DNA of 63,094 bases, filler included, from Octopus bimaculoides (Eukaryota), in assembly GCF_001194135.2 (NCBI RefSeq). It is 7 parts of 7 records of this genome, joined end to end, with 100 filler letters (N's around TTAATTAATTAA, not from the genome) between each part and the next. Parts side by side here need not be neighbours in the genome. Positions count along the whole stretch, not along the records: positions 16,453 to 28,237 come from NC_068986.1; positions 28,338 to 45,284 come from NC_069004.1; 5 more parts are not named here. One strand, written 5' to 3'. A program made the translations under genes and the position numbers. Position 1 is the stretch's first letter. Each line of letters opens with the position of its first letter. This document shows, piece by piece, positions 24,026-36,510 of this stretch. Under the pieces are notes generated by a model. The model was not told where the DNA came from. It worked only from the letters and a program-made list of their open reading frames with translations, and did not search any database.

Positions 24026-24789
24026 CTACTACTACTACTACTATCACCCACCACTATCACCACCAATACTCATCTTACTCCTCCCCCTCCTTCACATCCT
24101 TCTCCACTTCTTCCTCCTCCACCTCTTCCTCCTCGTTCTCGGCCTCCTCTTCTTCTTCCTCCACTTTCTCCTAATTCTCTTCCTCCACTTCATTCTAGTA
24201 GTAGTAGTAGTAGTAGTGAAAGTAGTAGAAGAAGCAGCAGCAGCTGTAGTAGTAGTAACTGGTTCTGGAATATCCAATGATGATGGTGACAGAAATGTTG
24301 GACAATGGTATAGAAAACATTTGTAAATGTACTTGCGTAGTCTTGGTAGAGCCGGTCGTTTTGGTGTTGTTTTTATTGCTGCTGCTGCTGCTGCTGTTGT
24401 TGTTGTTGTTGTTGTTGTTGTTGGTGGTGGTNNNNNNNNNNNNNNNNNNNNNNNNNNNNNNNNNNNNNNNNNNNNNNNNNNNGGTGGTGGTGGTCGCCGT
24501 CGTCGTCGTCGTGGTGGTGGTTTGAGCTCAGAGTTTGTTTTAGCTTAGGTAATAACAGCGTTAGCAATGGATGGAAGTGTTGATGGTGGTGCTTGTATTG
24601 CAGATGGTAGTTGCATCAATTTGAGATTGGCGGCGGAGGAGGGGTTGGCGGCGCGGTGGTAGTGTTGGTGTCGGCAGTGAATCAGTTATGATGACAACAT
24701 AGTAAAGACAACAGTACTGCTGTTGGTTGAGGTAATGGCTGAGGTAATGGTAGAAGCTATTTTCGGGACAGTAATGGCAATGATGGCCG

Positions 24790-24813
24790 TATAAGTGATA
24801 ATAGATGCGGTAA

Positions 24814-24845
<32 letters not shown>

Positions 24846-24906
24846 GTAGTGGTAGTAGTAGTAGTAGAAGGAGGAGGAGGAGGGTTAGTGGTATTATTAT
24901 TATTAA

Positions 24907-24949
<43 letters not shown>

Positions 24950-24960
24950 TTTATTTTTAT

Positions 24961-24999
<39 letters not shown>

Positions 25000-25038
25000 C
25001 GGCAGTGGTAGTAGTAGCAGCAGCAACAGTGGTAGCAT

Positions 25039-25079
<41 letters not shown>

Positions 25080-25092
25080 ACGGTGGTAGCAT

Positions 25093-25148
<56 letters not shown>

Positions 25149-25150
25149 AT
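24790..25150. repeat. Compound trinucleotide microsatellite (AGC/AGT/ATT)
   Basis: Direct inspection. Confidence 0.95.
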
Positions 25151-25746
25151 GCACGTGGCTGCAGCGTCGGTGGCAGTAGAGATGAATTGTTCTGCTGTGG
25201 TCTCAATGCAATATGAAAGACTGTTGTTACATGTCAATTATCGCTAACTCTGGACTTCATTTTTTTTTTCATTTTACAATAATAACACCATCAAATTATC
25301 ATTGTCTTTCGGTATTTTTTAAAAACGTTTTTCCAATGTTGCTATTTTCTTTTTTATGGTCTTGTTTGTTCCATTAGTTCTTTATTAATTTTCTTTATGG
25401 AATTTTTAAAAAATGTAGTTTTTATAATGTTTTTCGTTTGTTATATTTTATAACTGTTTCTTCATAATCACGTTATTATTATAACGTTGTTCGTTTCTCT
25501 TTTCTGTTTTTTTTTCCCGAGATGAGCAGCAAATCTGGCTAGTTGGTTAGCTGGCCGTTTGGCTGGCTGGTGTCTCTCTGACGCGGCCTCTTTCACTCTC
25601 GAACACGTACGCACAATCTCTTAGAGACCATCACCGTTAATTTTTGCCATGGCGTATTAAATAAATGTAGTGAAGAAATCAATAGAAATATGATACAAAT
25701 GCATACACACCCACCCACATATACACACACACACACACAAATATAT

Positions 25747-25980
25747 TCTTTTATTCTTTTACTCATTTCAGTCATTTCACTGCGGTCATGCTGGAGCACC
25801 GCCTTATTGGGATTTTAGTCGAAGAAATCGATACCATGACTTATTCTTTCTAAACCTAGTACTTATTTTATCGCTCTCTTTTGCAGAAACGCTAAGTTAC
25901 GGGGACGTACACACACCAACATCGGTTGTCAAGCTATGATGGTGGTGGGATGACAAACGTACACAAGCATACACAAACAC
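25747..25980 (-). mobile_element. SINE family A, 3' half
   Basis: tttcagtcatttcactgcggtcatgctggagcacc...gctaagttacggggacgtacacacaccaacatcggttgtcaag. Confidence 0.88.
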
Positions 25981-25999
25981 ACACATATTTCATTTTCAT

Positions 26000-26055
26000 T
26001 TTATTCATTTTATCTAGTTTCAGCTCATGAGCTGTGGCCATGCTGGAGCACCACC
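26000..26055 (-). mobile_element. Isolated family-A-type 3' tail directly downstream of tRNA-Gln
   Basis: Minus strand ggtggtgctccagcatggccacagctcatgagctgaaactagataaaatgaataaaatgaaaatg. Confidence 0.75.
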
Positions 26056-26068
26056 ATTTAAAATTATG

Positions 26069-26140
26069 AGGTCTCACCGAGACTTGAACTGGGATCGCTG
26101 GATTCAAAGTCCAGAGTGCTAACCATTACACCATGAGACC
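26069..26140 (-). tRNA. tRNA-Gln(TTG), near-intact (one T-stem mismatch); may be a SINE head or pseudogene
   Basis: GGTCTCATGGTGTAATGGTTAGCACTCTGGACTTTGAATCCAGCGATCCCAGTTCAAGTCTCGGTGAGACCT: 72 nt, perfect 7-bp acceptor stem, loop CTTTGAA, C51:C63 mismatch; TTTT 5 nt downstream. Confidence 0.85.
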
Positions 26141-26629
26141 AATTTTTTTTAATATAAAATGTATGCAATATTTTTTTACACAAAGAGGAGACTTTTGACA
26201 AGATTCCTTACTTACTAGAAGGAGCAGTTAAAACTCAAGCCATGAAAAAAGAATTCATGAGGCACGCTGTTATAACACCAGAACGAACAAAAATGAATTA
26301 GACAATCCCGAACTCGAGTTTCTCTATTAGTTGCCAAATAAACTAATTTGGAATCTGAGAATCGTCAGCGAGATAGTTAATTAATTGAATTTGCAAATAC
26401 GTACCGAAAACAGCTACATCTTTATCCATTATGGATTTAAACTTAGTGCACAAGCGTAAACGTAAAGTCCAGCAGTAGATAAACAAATTTAAAACTGTGT
26501 CCTACATAGCCTCAGAATTATAAATATTACTATCATAAAATGTTTTTAAAATATGACTTGTATTTATGCATGCTAACCACTGGAAATAAAATATTTCAAT
26601 TTATTATCCTCATATTTATGATAGTATAC

Positions 26630-26730
26630 TTTTATTCTTTTATTCTTTTACTTGTTTCAGTCAACTTGACTGCGACCATGCTGGAACACCACCTTTAGTC
26701 GAACAAATTGACCCCAGGACTTATTGTTTG
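26630..26730 (-). mobile_element. SINE family A, short 3' fragment
   Basis: ttacttgtttcagtcaacttgactgcgaccatgctggaacaccacctttagtcgaacaaattgaccccaggac. Confidence 0.85.
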
Positions 26731-28169
26731 TATACTTGTGTTTCTGTGTCTGTGCAGAAATATACCTACACGCATTGGAATTTGGAATAAGCTGAGCAAG
26801 AGCACACACGAAGACGGAAAGCGTCGGTGAGGAGGTCACAGATGTGTGACGTTAGATTTCCGGACAGTGGACATGAATTAAAATAAGAACAGTAATATGT
26901 GAATGAAGAACGAATATATAGTGCGTGCGTTTATTTAGCAAAGAAAAAGAATGACCATCCCGAAATACAATATATATATATATATATATGAGTGCGATGA
27001 GCATGTGAGTTTTTTAATACAAGCGCATGTTTAAATATAGGTAAAAAGAATATTCATATTGATGCATAAATATGCATATATACAAATACATGCTCGTGTC
27101 TATATTTGCGTGTGCGTATATATAGATGTGTGTGTGTATATATATAGATGTGTATGTGTATGAGTGTGTACATGTATATGATTGAATATATACTTACATA
27201 TTAATAATTCCCTAAATATACGCCTTTTATATTCCTTCATATACATACATAAACATATATATATATATATATACATATATATATTTATCTCTCTATGCAG
27301 ACATATACACACTGGCACACAAACATACACACACACACATATATATATATATAATTAAATACATACTTCATACATACTTACATATAATATACATACACAC
27401 ATACATACATGCTTGTATATGTACATACATACGTACATACATCCATAAATACATACACGCATGTATACATACAATCATACATACATACACACACACACAT
27501 ACATACATACATACATACATACATACATACATACATACATACATACACAGATACATACACACACACATGGATATAAGTAGATTTTTATGCCGAGATTTTC
27601 TTAGGTTTCAGTAAGTGGCATGATGCGAAAATGATATTTGATAATCTATAATTTATCATTATTACCAATTTGTTTGGCTTGTAAGTAATTTGCTGGCAAA
27701 TATAATTCGTATAATGAAATGCTGACGAAGGTTGATAGTAGCGTGGGAAGGTGTCCGTTGTAGGTACTGTCGGAGGCGATGACGACGTTGGTGGTGAAGT
27801 AAGTCATAATGTTGATAATGATGTTGATGATAGAGATGTTAAGGATATGTCGTTGATAATGAATGATATTGAGGATGTGGGGTTGGTTCGGTGGGTGGGT
27901 GGCTGGCTGGTTGAGTGGTTGGTTTCTTCGGTGTTCGGTCGGTCGGTCGGTCGGTCGGTTGGCTAGGGAAAAGCATGTGGAAATTCTGTGTTGATTTTTG
28001 CTGCAGCTTTGTTTGTTTGTGTTTGTCTGCCGTTCCTAGTGGTGGTATTTCTTGTTGATGATGCGGCAGACGATAGTGATGATGATCATCATCATGATGG
28101 TGATGATCACGATCATGGTGATGATGACGACAACGATGATTATGGTAGTGGTGAAGGTAGTGGTGGTAG

Positions 28170-28202
<33 letters not shown>

Positions 28203-28237
28203 TGGTGGTTATGGTGGTGGTGGTGGTGGTGGTGGTG

Positions 28238-28337
28238 NNNNNNNNNNNNNNNNNNNNNNNNNNNNNNNNNNNNNNNNNNNNTTAATTAATTAANNNNNNN
28301 NNNNNNNNNNNNNNNNNNNNNNNNNNNNNNNNNNNNN
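28238..28337. other. Artificial scaffold spacer
   Basis: 44 N + TTAATTAATTAA (28282-28293) + 44 N. Confidence 0.98.
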
Positions 28338-28725
28338 TATGTAACATATGAAATAATTATAAACAGGGTAAATTTTACCCATTTCTCCACAGACTGAAAA
28401 AAAAACAATGAACAACCTTAATCGATTTTCGAACCTTATTGAATTCTCATCAGAGGCGTCTACATCATTCTGACAGTCTTCAATGAAACAAGCAGGCAAA
28501 CTGTTTATATACTCAACAAATGCAGAAGTTACTCTATGAAGGAGCCCCTAATTTGCATGCCGAAAGTGTTTAACACTCTATAAATACCAGCGGCCTAAAT
28601 ATATATCACAGTCTCGAACAGATTATCAGATATTGTTATACATCGCTGTTCACAATGCACTTCGTATAGCATTCGAATGATGCCACCACCTTGCTGGCTA
28701 GGTGATCAGGCCAGCATTCACCCTG

Positions 28726-28781
<56 letters not shown>

Positions 28782-28894
28782 GTCTATCTGTCTGTCTCTC
28801 TGTCTGCCTGCCTGTCTGTATATCTGTCTGTCTGTCCGTCCGTCCGTCTGCCTACCTATCTATCTATCTATCTATCTATCTATGTATCTATCTA

Positions 28895-28926
<32 letters not shown>

Positions 28927-29398
28927 CCGATTTATCTGTCTGCCTGCCTGTCTGTATATCTGTCTGTCTGTCCGCCTATCTATCTATCTATCCTTGCATC
29001 TATCCGTCTGTCTGCCTCTCTCGCTCTCTTCCCCCTCCCACCTCTCTCTCTCTCTCTCTCTCTAAATACAAACACATTCTTCTGTTCACTGCTTAATAAA
29101 TTTTTTCCTACGAAATTCTCTTTTATATAGCACATCATAAATATTTCCCCCCACTCCACTCTCTCTCGCTCACTCTACCGCTGTATATTTGTTCACACAC
29201 ACACACACACACACACACATTTATATGAAGAGAGAAAGCGAGAGAGGTTATTAAAAACCTCGCAATATTTTTGGTAGATTTTTTCCCTCCTGCTAAATTG
29301 TGTTTTCAAAGAGCATTCCATGCAACCTGTGAGAATATATTTGTTGCTTATAAACCACAGGCATGGATATAAGCCTGAAAAACATGTACTGTGATACA

Positions 29399-29434
<36 letters not shown>

Positions 29435-30929
29435 TGCTTACATACATATCTACACACACATATATATATATATATACACACACACACATGTATACATCTA
29501 TACGCTAATGCTTAAGTGCAAAAATTTATGAATCTATACAAAACGATGCCACACACATACGCCTCAGAGCGCTCACAAACACAAACATACAACGCATGCA
29601 TATGCATGTATATACATGCATATACATATGTGTATACACGCACATACATATGTATGTATAAATATATAAATATCTGTCTATCTATATAAATACTGGTATG
29701 CGTGTAGGTAAGTATGTATGTATGCATATGTGTGTATGCATATATATATATNNNNNNNNNNNNNNNNNNNNNNNNNNNNNNNNNNNNNNNNNNNNNNNNN
29801 NNNNNNNNNNNNNNNNNNNNNNNNNNNNNNNNNNNNNNNNNNNNNNNNNNNNNNNNNNNNNNNNNNNNNNNNNNNNNNNNNNNNNNNNNNNNNNNNNNNN
29901 NNNNNNNNNNNNNNNNNNNNNNNNNNNNNNNNNNNNNNNNNNNNNNNNNNNNNNNNNNNNNNNNNNNNNNNNNNNNNNNNNNNNNNNNNNNNNNNNNNNN
30001 NNNNNNNNNNNNNNNNNNNNNNNNNNNNNNNNNNNNNNNNNNNNNNNNNNNNNNNNNNNNNNNNNNNNNNNNNNNNNNNNNNNNNNNNNNNNNNNNNNNN
30101 NNNNNNNNNNNNNNNNNNNNNNNNNNNNNNNNNNNNNNNNNNNNNNNNNNNNNNNNNNNNNNNNNNNNNNNNNNNNNNNNNNNNNNNNNNNNNNNNNNNN
30201 NNNNNNNNNNNNNNNNNNNNNNNNNNNNNNNNNNNNNNNNNNNNNNNNNNNNNNNNNNNNNNNNNNNNNNNNNNNNNNNNNNNNNNNNNNNNNNNNNNNN
30301 NNNNNNNNNNNNNNNNNNNNNNNNNNNNNNNNNNNNNNNNNNNNNNNNNNNNNNNNNNNNNNNNNNNNNNNNNNNNNNNNNNNNNNNNNNNNNNNNNNNN
30401 NNNNNNNNNNNNNNNNNNNNNNNNNNNNNNNNNNNNNNNNNNNNNNNNNNNNNNNNNNNNNNNNNNNNNNNNNNNNNNNNNNNNNNNNNNNNNNNNNNNN
30501 NNNNNNNNNNNNNNNNNNNNNNNNNNNNNNNNNNNNNNNNNNNNNNNNNNNNNNNNNNNNNNNNNNNNNNNNNNNATACAGATGCATATATATATACATA
30601 CATTGTCAAGCAATATATCACTACTTATGTCATTTAACTGGTCAGAATGTTTCGCGCAGAATAGGTCCGCAAGACAATATTAACGACTCCTGCAAATTTG
30701 TAGACCATAGTACATAGCCTACTTAGTGCTACTAAGTTGATTTGGAGGTAGAAAAATTTAGTGACAAAAAATTTGATGGGCTGGAGGACTAATGCACAAT
30801 CAGAAGGACGAATTATCAGTTTTTGCTCATGACGTGTTAATAGCTATGGATGAATTGTATTGGCTCTGCGTTAATCTTCCTGCTACTGAAAAAGGGACAT
30901 GACCATGCACCAAACTGGCTTTGCGGCTC

Positions 30930-31110
30930 ATGATAACAATATCTGAAAATTTTGTATATCGGGCTTAGAAAACTCATGTGAGTTGTTAGAATGATTCTTT
31001 TCTCCGCAAAGCAAAGTTTGCATCTTTTACTTCCATTAAGTTACAGCCTACATATTTCCAGCAGCTTGTAGTTGCTGTTATGCGACGTTAGATCCTGTTT
31101 TAATCACCAC
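30930..31110 (-). pseudogene. Penelope-like element GIY-YIG C-terminal remnant
   Basis: Minus translation W*LKQDLTSHNSNYKLLEICRL*LNGSKRCKLCFAEKRIILTTH...IFRYCYH fits the W.LK...C.LC..EK..I...C.H end of PLE endonucleases. Confidence 0.7.
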
Positions 31111-31489
31111 ATAAAATTAGCTAAAATTATGACATTGTGTTTTCCTGGCTGCTAAAAGAGGGATATATAATTATTCAACCTGGCCTTAAAATGATTACTG
31201 ATTCGATATATTTGTGTATATGCGTCCTTTCGTTAGGGTTGTTGGATACTGACTCTGCTTCGTAGACCAGGGCTGCTACATTACACTGATGGTTTACTGG
31301 GCACTCACTGTAAACGCTACATGAGCATCCTGCGTCAGTCCAAAGTTTAGGGGTACTAACTTCTGTATTTTTGATGATAGGCGCGCAAATGAACGTGACC
31401 CTTACGTTATATACATAGAATACTTTTTTTCTATATGTATGGTTATGCGTAACCATCATGTTGGACCGTTAATCCCTACACATTTTTTC

Positions 31490-31625
31490 TTCGTTTTATT
31501 TTCGTTCTCTCGCTCTTTCCTTTCTGTCGAAGAGCGTAGGCTCGAGATGTCGAGCGTCAAACTAATACACCTGCTTGTTGTTCCTACACCTGTCTTCGTC
31601 TTTTGTTTTCTGTAAATTTGAACTA
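31490..31625 (+). mobile_element. Penelope-like pLTR fragment with mutated hammerhead-like core
   Basis: CTGTCGA-A-GAGC-GTAG-GCTC-GAGAT; same family as 43960-44120, in opposite orientation. Confidence 0.65.
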
Positions 31626-32262
31626 TATATATGTATATATATATTATCGGCCGCACATGCTAAATGTGTGTGTTTTACTTGTGTATGTGTACTTTGGATA
31701 TGAGTATGTGTTAGTGTTTGTTTCCACCACCGTTTGACAACCGGTGTCCGCTCCTTTGCTTTCATACATACAAACATACATAATATATATATATGTATAC
31801 ACACACACAAACACAAAGACACACACACATTTATGTCTATCTATCTATCTATCTATCTAGCACCACTATACAATACACATACAGACACACACAAAATCTC
31901 CAATACACACACATCTAAATAGGTATGAAGCACTTTCACCGCCATCTTTAAAATGGCAACAAATAAAGTTGCATTACATTAAATCTGTTGTTGATATCTT
32001 CGTAGCTTTGCTGCCATACCTACACACATACATTCATACACATATATATATATATATATANNNNNNNNNNNNNNNNNNTATATATGTATATATATATATA
32101 ATGTATATATGTATGTGTATATATATATGCATACACATACACATAAACACATATATGTGATAAACTGCATAATAATGTAACTAATGCCCTTGTTATGGGC
32201 GTTGTCGGTAAAATACCTTTTATCATCATCTTCGATTATTGTTGTTGCAGGTAATAATGTAT

Positions 32263-32295
<33 letters not shown>

Positions 32296-32772
32296 CATTA
32301 GTAGTAGTAGTAGTAGAAGTAGTAGTAGTAGTAGTAGTAGTTATTTTTGATTTTGCTGTCGTCGCCATTGTTGTTCGTGTTATTGCTTCTCTGGTTTGCA
32401 GTTGTGGCAAAGCCGTAGCCATTAAATGGCGTTGATGGCGGTGTTGTTGTTGTTGTTGTTAGCAGGGATGGCGGGGGTGGCGATAGTGTTACTTTTAATG
32501 GTTCGCATAGCAGTTATTGTTGTTGTTGTTGTTGTTTTTATTGTTGTTGTTGTTGTTGTTATTATTTTGTAGTCATGGCGGAATAGTTGTTGCTATTTTC
32601 TTCGAGTTGTTGCTATTATTACAGCTGCTGTTGTAGTCGCTGTTGTTGTTGTTCTTGCTGTTGTCGTTGTGGGTGTTGTTCTTATTATTAATGTTGCTGT
32701 TGTCACTGTTGTCGCTGCTTTTTGTGGTTGTTGTTGTTGTTGTTATATTGTTATTCATTATTATTAAACCGA

Positions 32773-33129
32773 GTGGCGGCGCAATGGCCCAGTGGTTAGA
32801 GCAGCAGACTCGTGGTCATAGGATCATGGTTTCGATTCCCCAACCGGGCGTTGTGAGTGTTTATTGAGAGAAAACACCTAAAGCTCCACGAGGCTCCGGC
32901 AGGGGATGGTGGCGAACCCTGCTGTACTCTTCCATTACAACTTTCTCTCACTCTTTCTTCCTGTTTCTGTTGTGCCTGTAATTCAAAGGGTCAGCCTTGT
33001 CACACTGTGTCACGCTGAATATCCCTGAGAACTACGTTAAGGGTACACGTGTCTGTGGAGTGCTCAGCCACTTGCACGTTAATTTCACGAGCAGGCTGTT
33101 CCGTTGATCCGATCAACTGGAACCCTCAA
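32773..33129 (+). mobile_element. SINE family C2, truncated by gap
   Basis: ggcgcaatggcccagtggttagagcagcagactcg...ggtttcgattccc; near-identical to the reverse complement of 4778-5150. Confidence 0.93.
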
Positions 33130-33917
33130 NNNNNNNNNNNNNNNNNNNNNNNNNNNNNNNNNNNNNNNNNNNNNNNNNNNNNNNNNNNNNNNNNNNNNNN
33201 NNNNNNNNNNNNNNNNNNNNNNNNNNNNNNNNNNNNNNNNNNNNNNNNNNNNNNNNNNNNNNNNNNNNNNNNNNNNNNNNNNNNNNNNNNNNNNNNNNNN
33301 NNNNNNNNNNNNNNNNNNNNNNNNNNNNNNNNNNNNNNNNNNNNNNNNNNNNNNNNNNNNNNNNNNNNNNNNNNNNNNNNNNNNNNNNNNNNNNNNNNNN
33401 NNNNNNNNNNNNNNNNNNNNNNNNNNNNNNNNNNNNNNNNNNNNNNNNNNNNNNNNNNNNNNNNNNNNNNNNNNNNNNNNNNNNNNNNNNNNNNNNNNNN
33501 NNNNNNNNNNNNNNNNNNNNNNNNNNNNNNNNNNNNNNNNNNNNNNNNNNNNNNNNNNNNNNNNNNNNNNNNNNNNNNNNNNNNNNNNNNNNNNNNNNNN
33601 NNNNNNNNNNNNNNNNNNNNNNNNNNNNNNNNNNNNNNNNNNNNNNNNNNNNNNNNNNNNNNNNNNNNNNNNNNNNNNNNNNNNNNNNNNNNNNNNNNNC
33701 GATAGATCTGTCAGTTTAATGAATTTTAATTACCTTTTTCTGATGATATCTGAACACCCCCACCCCAAAATAAAAAACCCCCAGCAATTTAAGCAAAACA
33801 TTTTAAGCAACACTAATAATAAATCAAAAACGTAAAAATAAATAAGTTTTTTACAGCTTTATAGATATTTCAAAATTATGATGCTAGATGTTTCCATTAT
33901 TTTGTCCAAACTCTGTA

Positions 33918-33974
<57 letters not shown>

Positions 33975-34341
33975 ATGTATGCATGCTTATAAAAGTTACC
34001 AATCCATATACGTAATAGTATAGAAGAAATGAATGAAGTTAAAAACGAACAAAGACAATTTATGACGATTTTTCTATATTAAATATTGATACACTTAACC
34101 ATTTTAAAACCGTTTGAATGATTTTTAAAAGTGTAACTCTTGTGGGGCGTGGAGCTGTCTCGCAAACTACACACATGCTTGCACATAAATCTGTATGTAT
34201 GTATACTGGTATATATGTGTGTATATGCATGCATATATGGGCGTGCATATACACATATATATATATATTCATACATACATACATACATATATATATATGT
34301 ATGTGTGTATGTATGTGCGTATGTGTGTGCCTTTAACATTT

Positions 34342-34528
34342 TGTAGGGACTTATTAATAATGGTAACCCCCTCCCACGTGACGAGTGGAACGAGGCGTCA
34401 CTATAAATAAGGTGACGTCGGCCAGTATCTCGAGTACGAGTGGACTGTGTTGACAGTAGTGTCTGTGTTAATATAGTAACTGTACTGTGATAGTGAGTGG
34501 ATAACTCTGCACGACTGGGGGTCGTACA
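34342..34528 (+). mobile_element. Possible short LTR
   Basis: TGTA...TACA ends with imperfect terminal IR (tgtagggac/gtcgtaca), internal TATAAATAA, more GC-rich than flanks; no TSD and no clean PBS. Confidence 0.35.
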
Positions 34529-34894
34529 GTGCCAGAGAGAACCATCAAAAGACAGGTACAACGATGGCAGAAGACCGCTTTACAACACCTACCTTCGTAA
34601 ATGGCACTGACGCTTTTGCTTTTTTCATCAGCAACACGCGTTATCGTTTTGCCTTTATGATCCCAAGTCAACGTTTCATACTGTTTGTCCTCTTCCAGCC
34701 CCTGCAAAAAGAAGACAAAAAAAAATTTATTCTATTCATATTTTTGTTTATTAGCACGTGAGATAATCAAGGGAAAAAATGTTGAAAGTTTGACTTTGGC
34801 CGTTTGTTCTTTCTGGGTCGATAAAATAAGTACTAGCTGAGGACGGGGGTTGAAGCAGTCGACTAGCACCCCCCACCCCCCCAAAAAATGTCAG

Positions 34895-35050
34895 GCCTAG
34901 CAGAAATGAATCGTGCGGGCAGAATCGTTAGGAAACCGGGCCAAATGCTTGGCGGGGATCGACTTTGCTGTTCATCCTGTCAGGGTCGATAAATAAAGTA
35001 CCAGTGAAACCCTCTCCCTCCAAATTGCTGGCCTTGTGTCTATAATAGAA
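34895..35050 (+). mobile_element. SINE family B, internally deleted
   Basis: ggcagaatcgttagg...gactttgctgttcatcctgtcagggtcgataaataaagtaccagt...aaattgctggccttgtg. Confidence 0.8.
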
Positions 35051-35059
35051 ATGATGATG

Positions 35060-35101
<42 letters not shown>

Positions 35102-35427
35102 ATTATTATTATTATTATTGTTATTATTACGCCGCCGAGGTCNNNNNNNNNNNNNNNNNNNNNNNNNNNNNNNNNNNNNNNNNNNNNNNNNNNNNNNNNN
35201 NNNNNNNNNNNNNNNNNNNNNNNNNNNNNNNNNNNNNNNNNNNNNNNNNNNNNNNNNNNNNNNNNNNNNNNNNNNNNNNNNNNNNNNNNNNNNNNNNNNN
35301 NNNNNNNNNNNNNNNNNNNNNNNNNNNNNNNNNNNNNNNNNNNNNNNNNNNNNNNNNNNNNNNNNNNNNNNNNNNNNNNNNNNNNNNNNNNNNNNNNNNN
35401 NNNNNNNNNNNNNNNNNNNNNNNNNNN

Positions 35428-35920
35428 AATCGGGCAAGCAATGGCAGTTTTCCTTTGCCTGGTGGCTGTGGCGAAAGAGATCGTTTGATATACAAGGCAT
35501 GAGGACAGATACATTCCTCTTTGGTAGAACTCTCATTGACTTCTTCAAGTTTCACTCGAAAAGTAAATTGAGAGTGGAGAGGGAAGTGCTGTCCTCCTCG
35601 AGTGAGTTTATTGAAAGGTGAGTGAAAGTTACGAAAATGGCAAGAGTGGATGGTACCTCTCTAAGTGTAGACCTGTGAGTCGGAGAGAAGGAATAGGAGA
35701 GAGTACCTGCTCTTGGAGTTTCATTGAAATCTCGGACAGTGGGGTTCCTCGATTATCCCTTAGAGGCCTTCCTATATTCGGAGGGCCACATCCCTATCAT
35801 CCTCCCCGTCATATTTTTTTAAAAATCTTTGTATGCTTTGCACATGTCCCTTCTTTTTCAGTGTATACTTACTTTCTTCCTTTCTTTCCTTTCTTTTTAT
35901 CATTCCATTATATGTAACCC
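35428..35920 (+). pseudogene. 3' end of L1/Tx1-type LINE ORF2 plus 3' UTR
   Basis: AVFLCLVAVAKEIV*YTR / TDTFLFGRTLIDFFKFHSKSKLRVEREVLSS..FIER*VKVTKMARVDGTSLSVDL* resembles Tx1 ORF2 C-termini (L..AK..IW..R); followed by pyrimidine-rich UTR. Upstream part lost in gap. Confidence 0.65.
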
Positions 35921-36169
35921 CCCACCCACACTTTATGTCTGTCTTTGTATTGTCCCCCTCATCCTTCGCCCTTGAGGCAAATAAATGAAATCATCATCAC
36001 CATCATTATTAGTTACTACTACTACTGCTACTACTACTACTACTACTACTACTACTGCTACTACTGCTGCTGCTGCTGGTAGTATTATAGCATCAACAAT
36101 ACTTCTTGGAGTAGCTGTAGTAAATGATGGTAGTAGTAGTAGTAGTAGTGTCATTTTTCTTCTGTTTGT

Positions 36170-36510
36170 GTGATTGTATGTGCATATTCGTGCTTTTTGG
36201 GTATGTATGCGCATATGGGGGGGGGAGCAAATGTGTGTATTTATGTATGTGTGTGTATGTGTGTGTGTGCGTGTGTGTGTATGTGTGTGCATGTGCGCGC
36301 GCGTGTACATGTGTGTATATGTGTGTGTCTGTGTGTGTGCGTGTTTGTATGTGTGTGTGTATGTGTATGTGTGTGTCTATGTATGTGTATGTGTGTGTAC
36401 GTGTGTGTATGTGTATGTGTATGCGTGCATCTGTGTGTGTATATGTGTGTGTGTGCGTATGTGTGTATATGTGTGCGTTTGTATATGTGTGTGTGTATGT
36501 GTGTGTGTGT
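36170..36510. repeat. Degenerate (TG)n/(TATG)n tract
   Basis: Direct inspection. Confidence 0.95.

Noticed and set aside
24277-25247. Poly-Q/H/T/N protein exon
   Set aside because: Trinucleotide microsatellites give homopolymer ORFs in several frames; no unique coding segment or splice signals.
28551-28586. Octamer plus TATA promoter
   Set aside because: Short motifs expected by chance in AT-rich DNA; no downstream gene seen.
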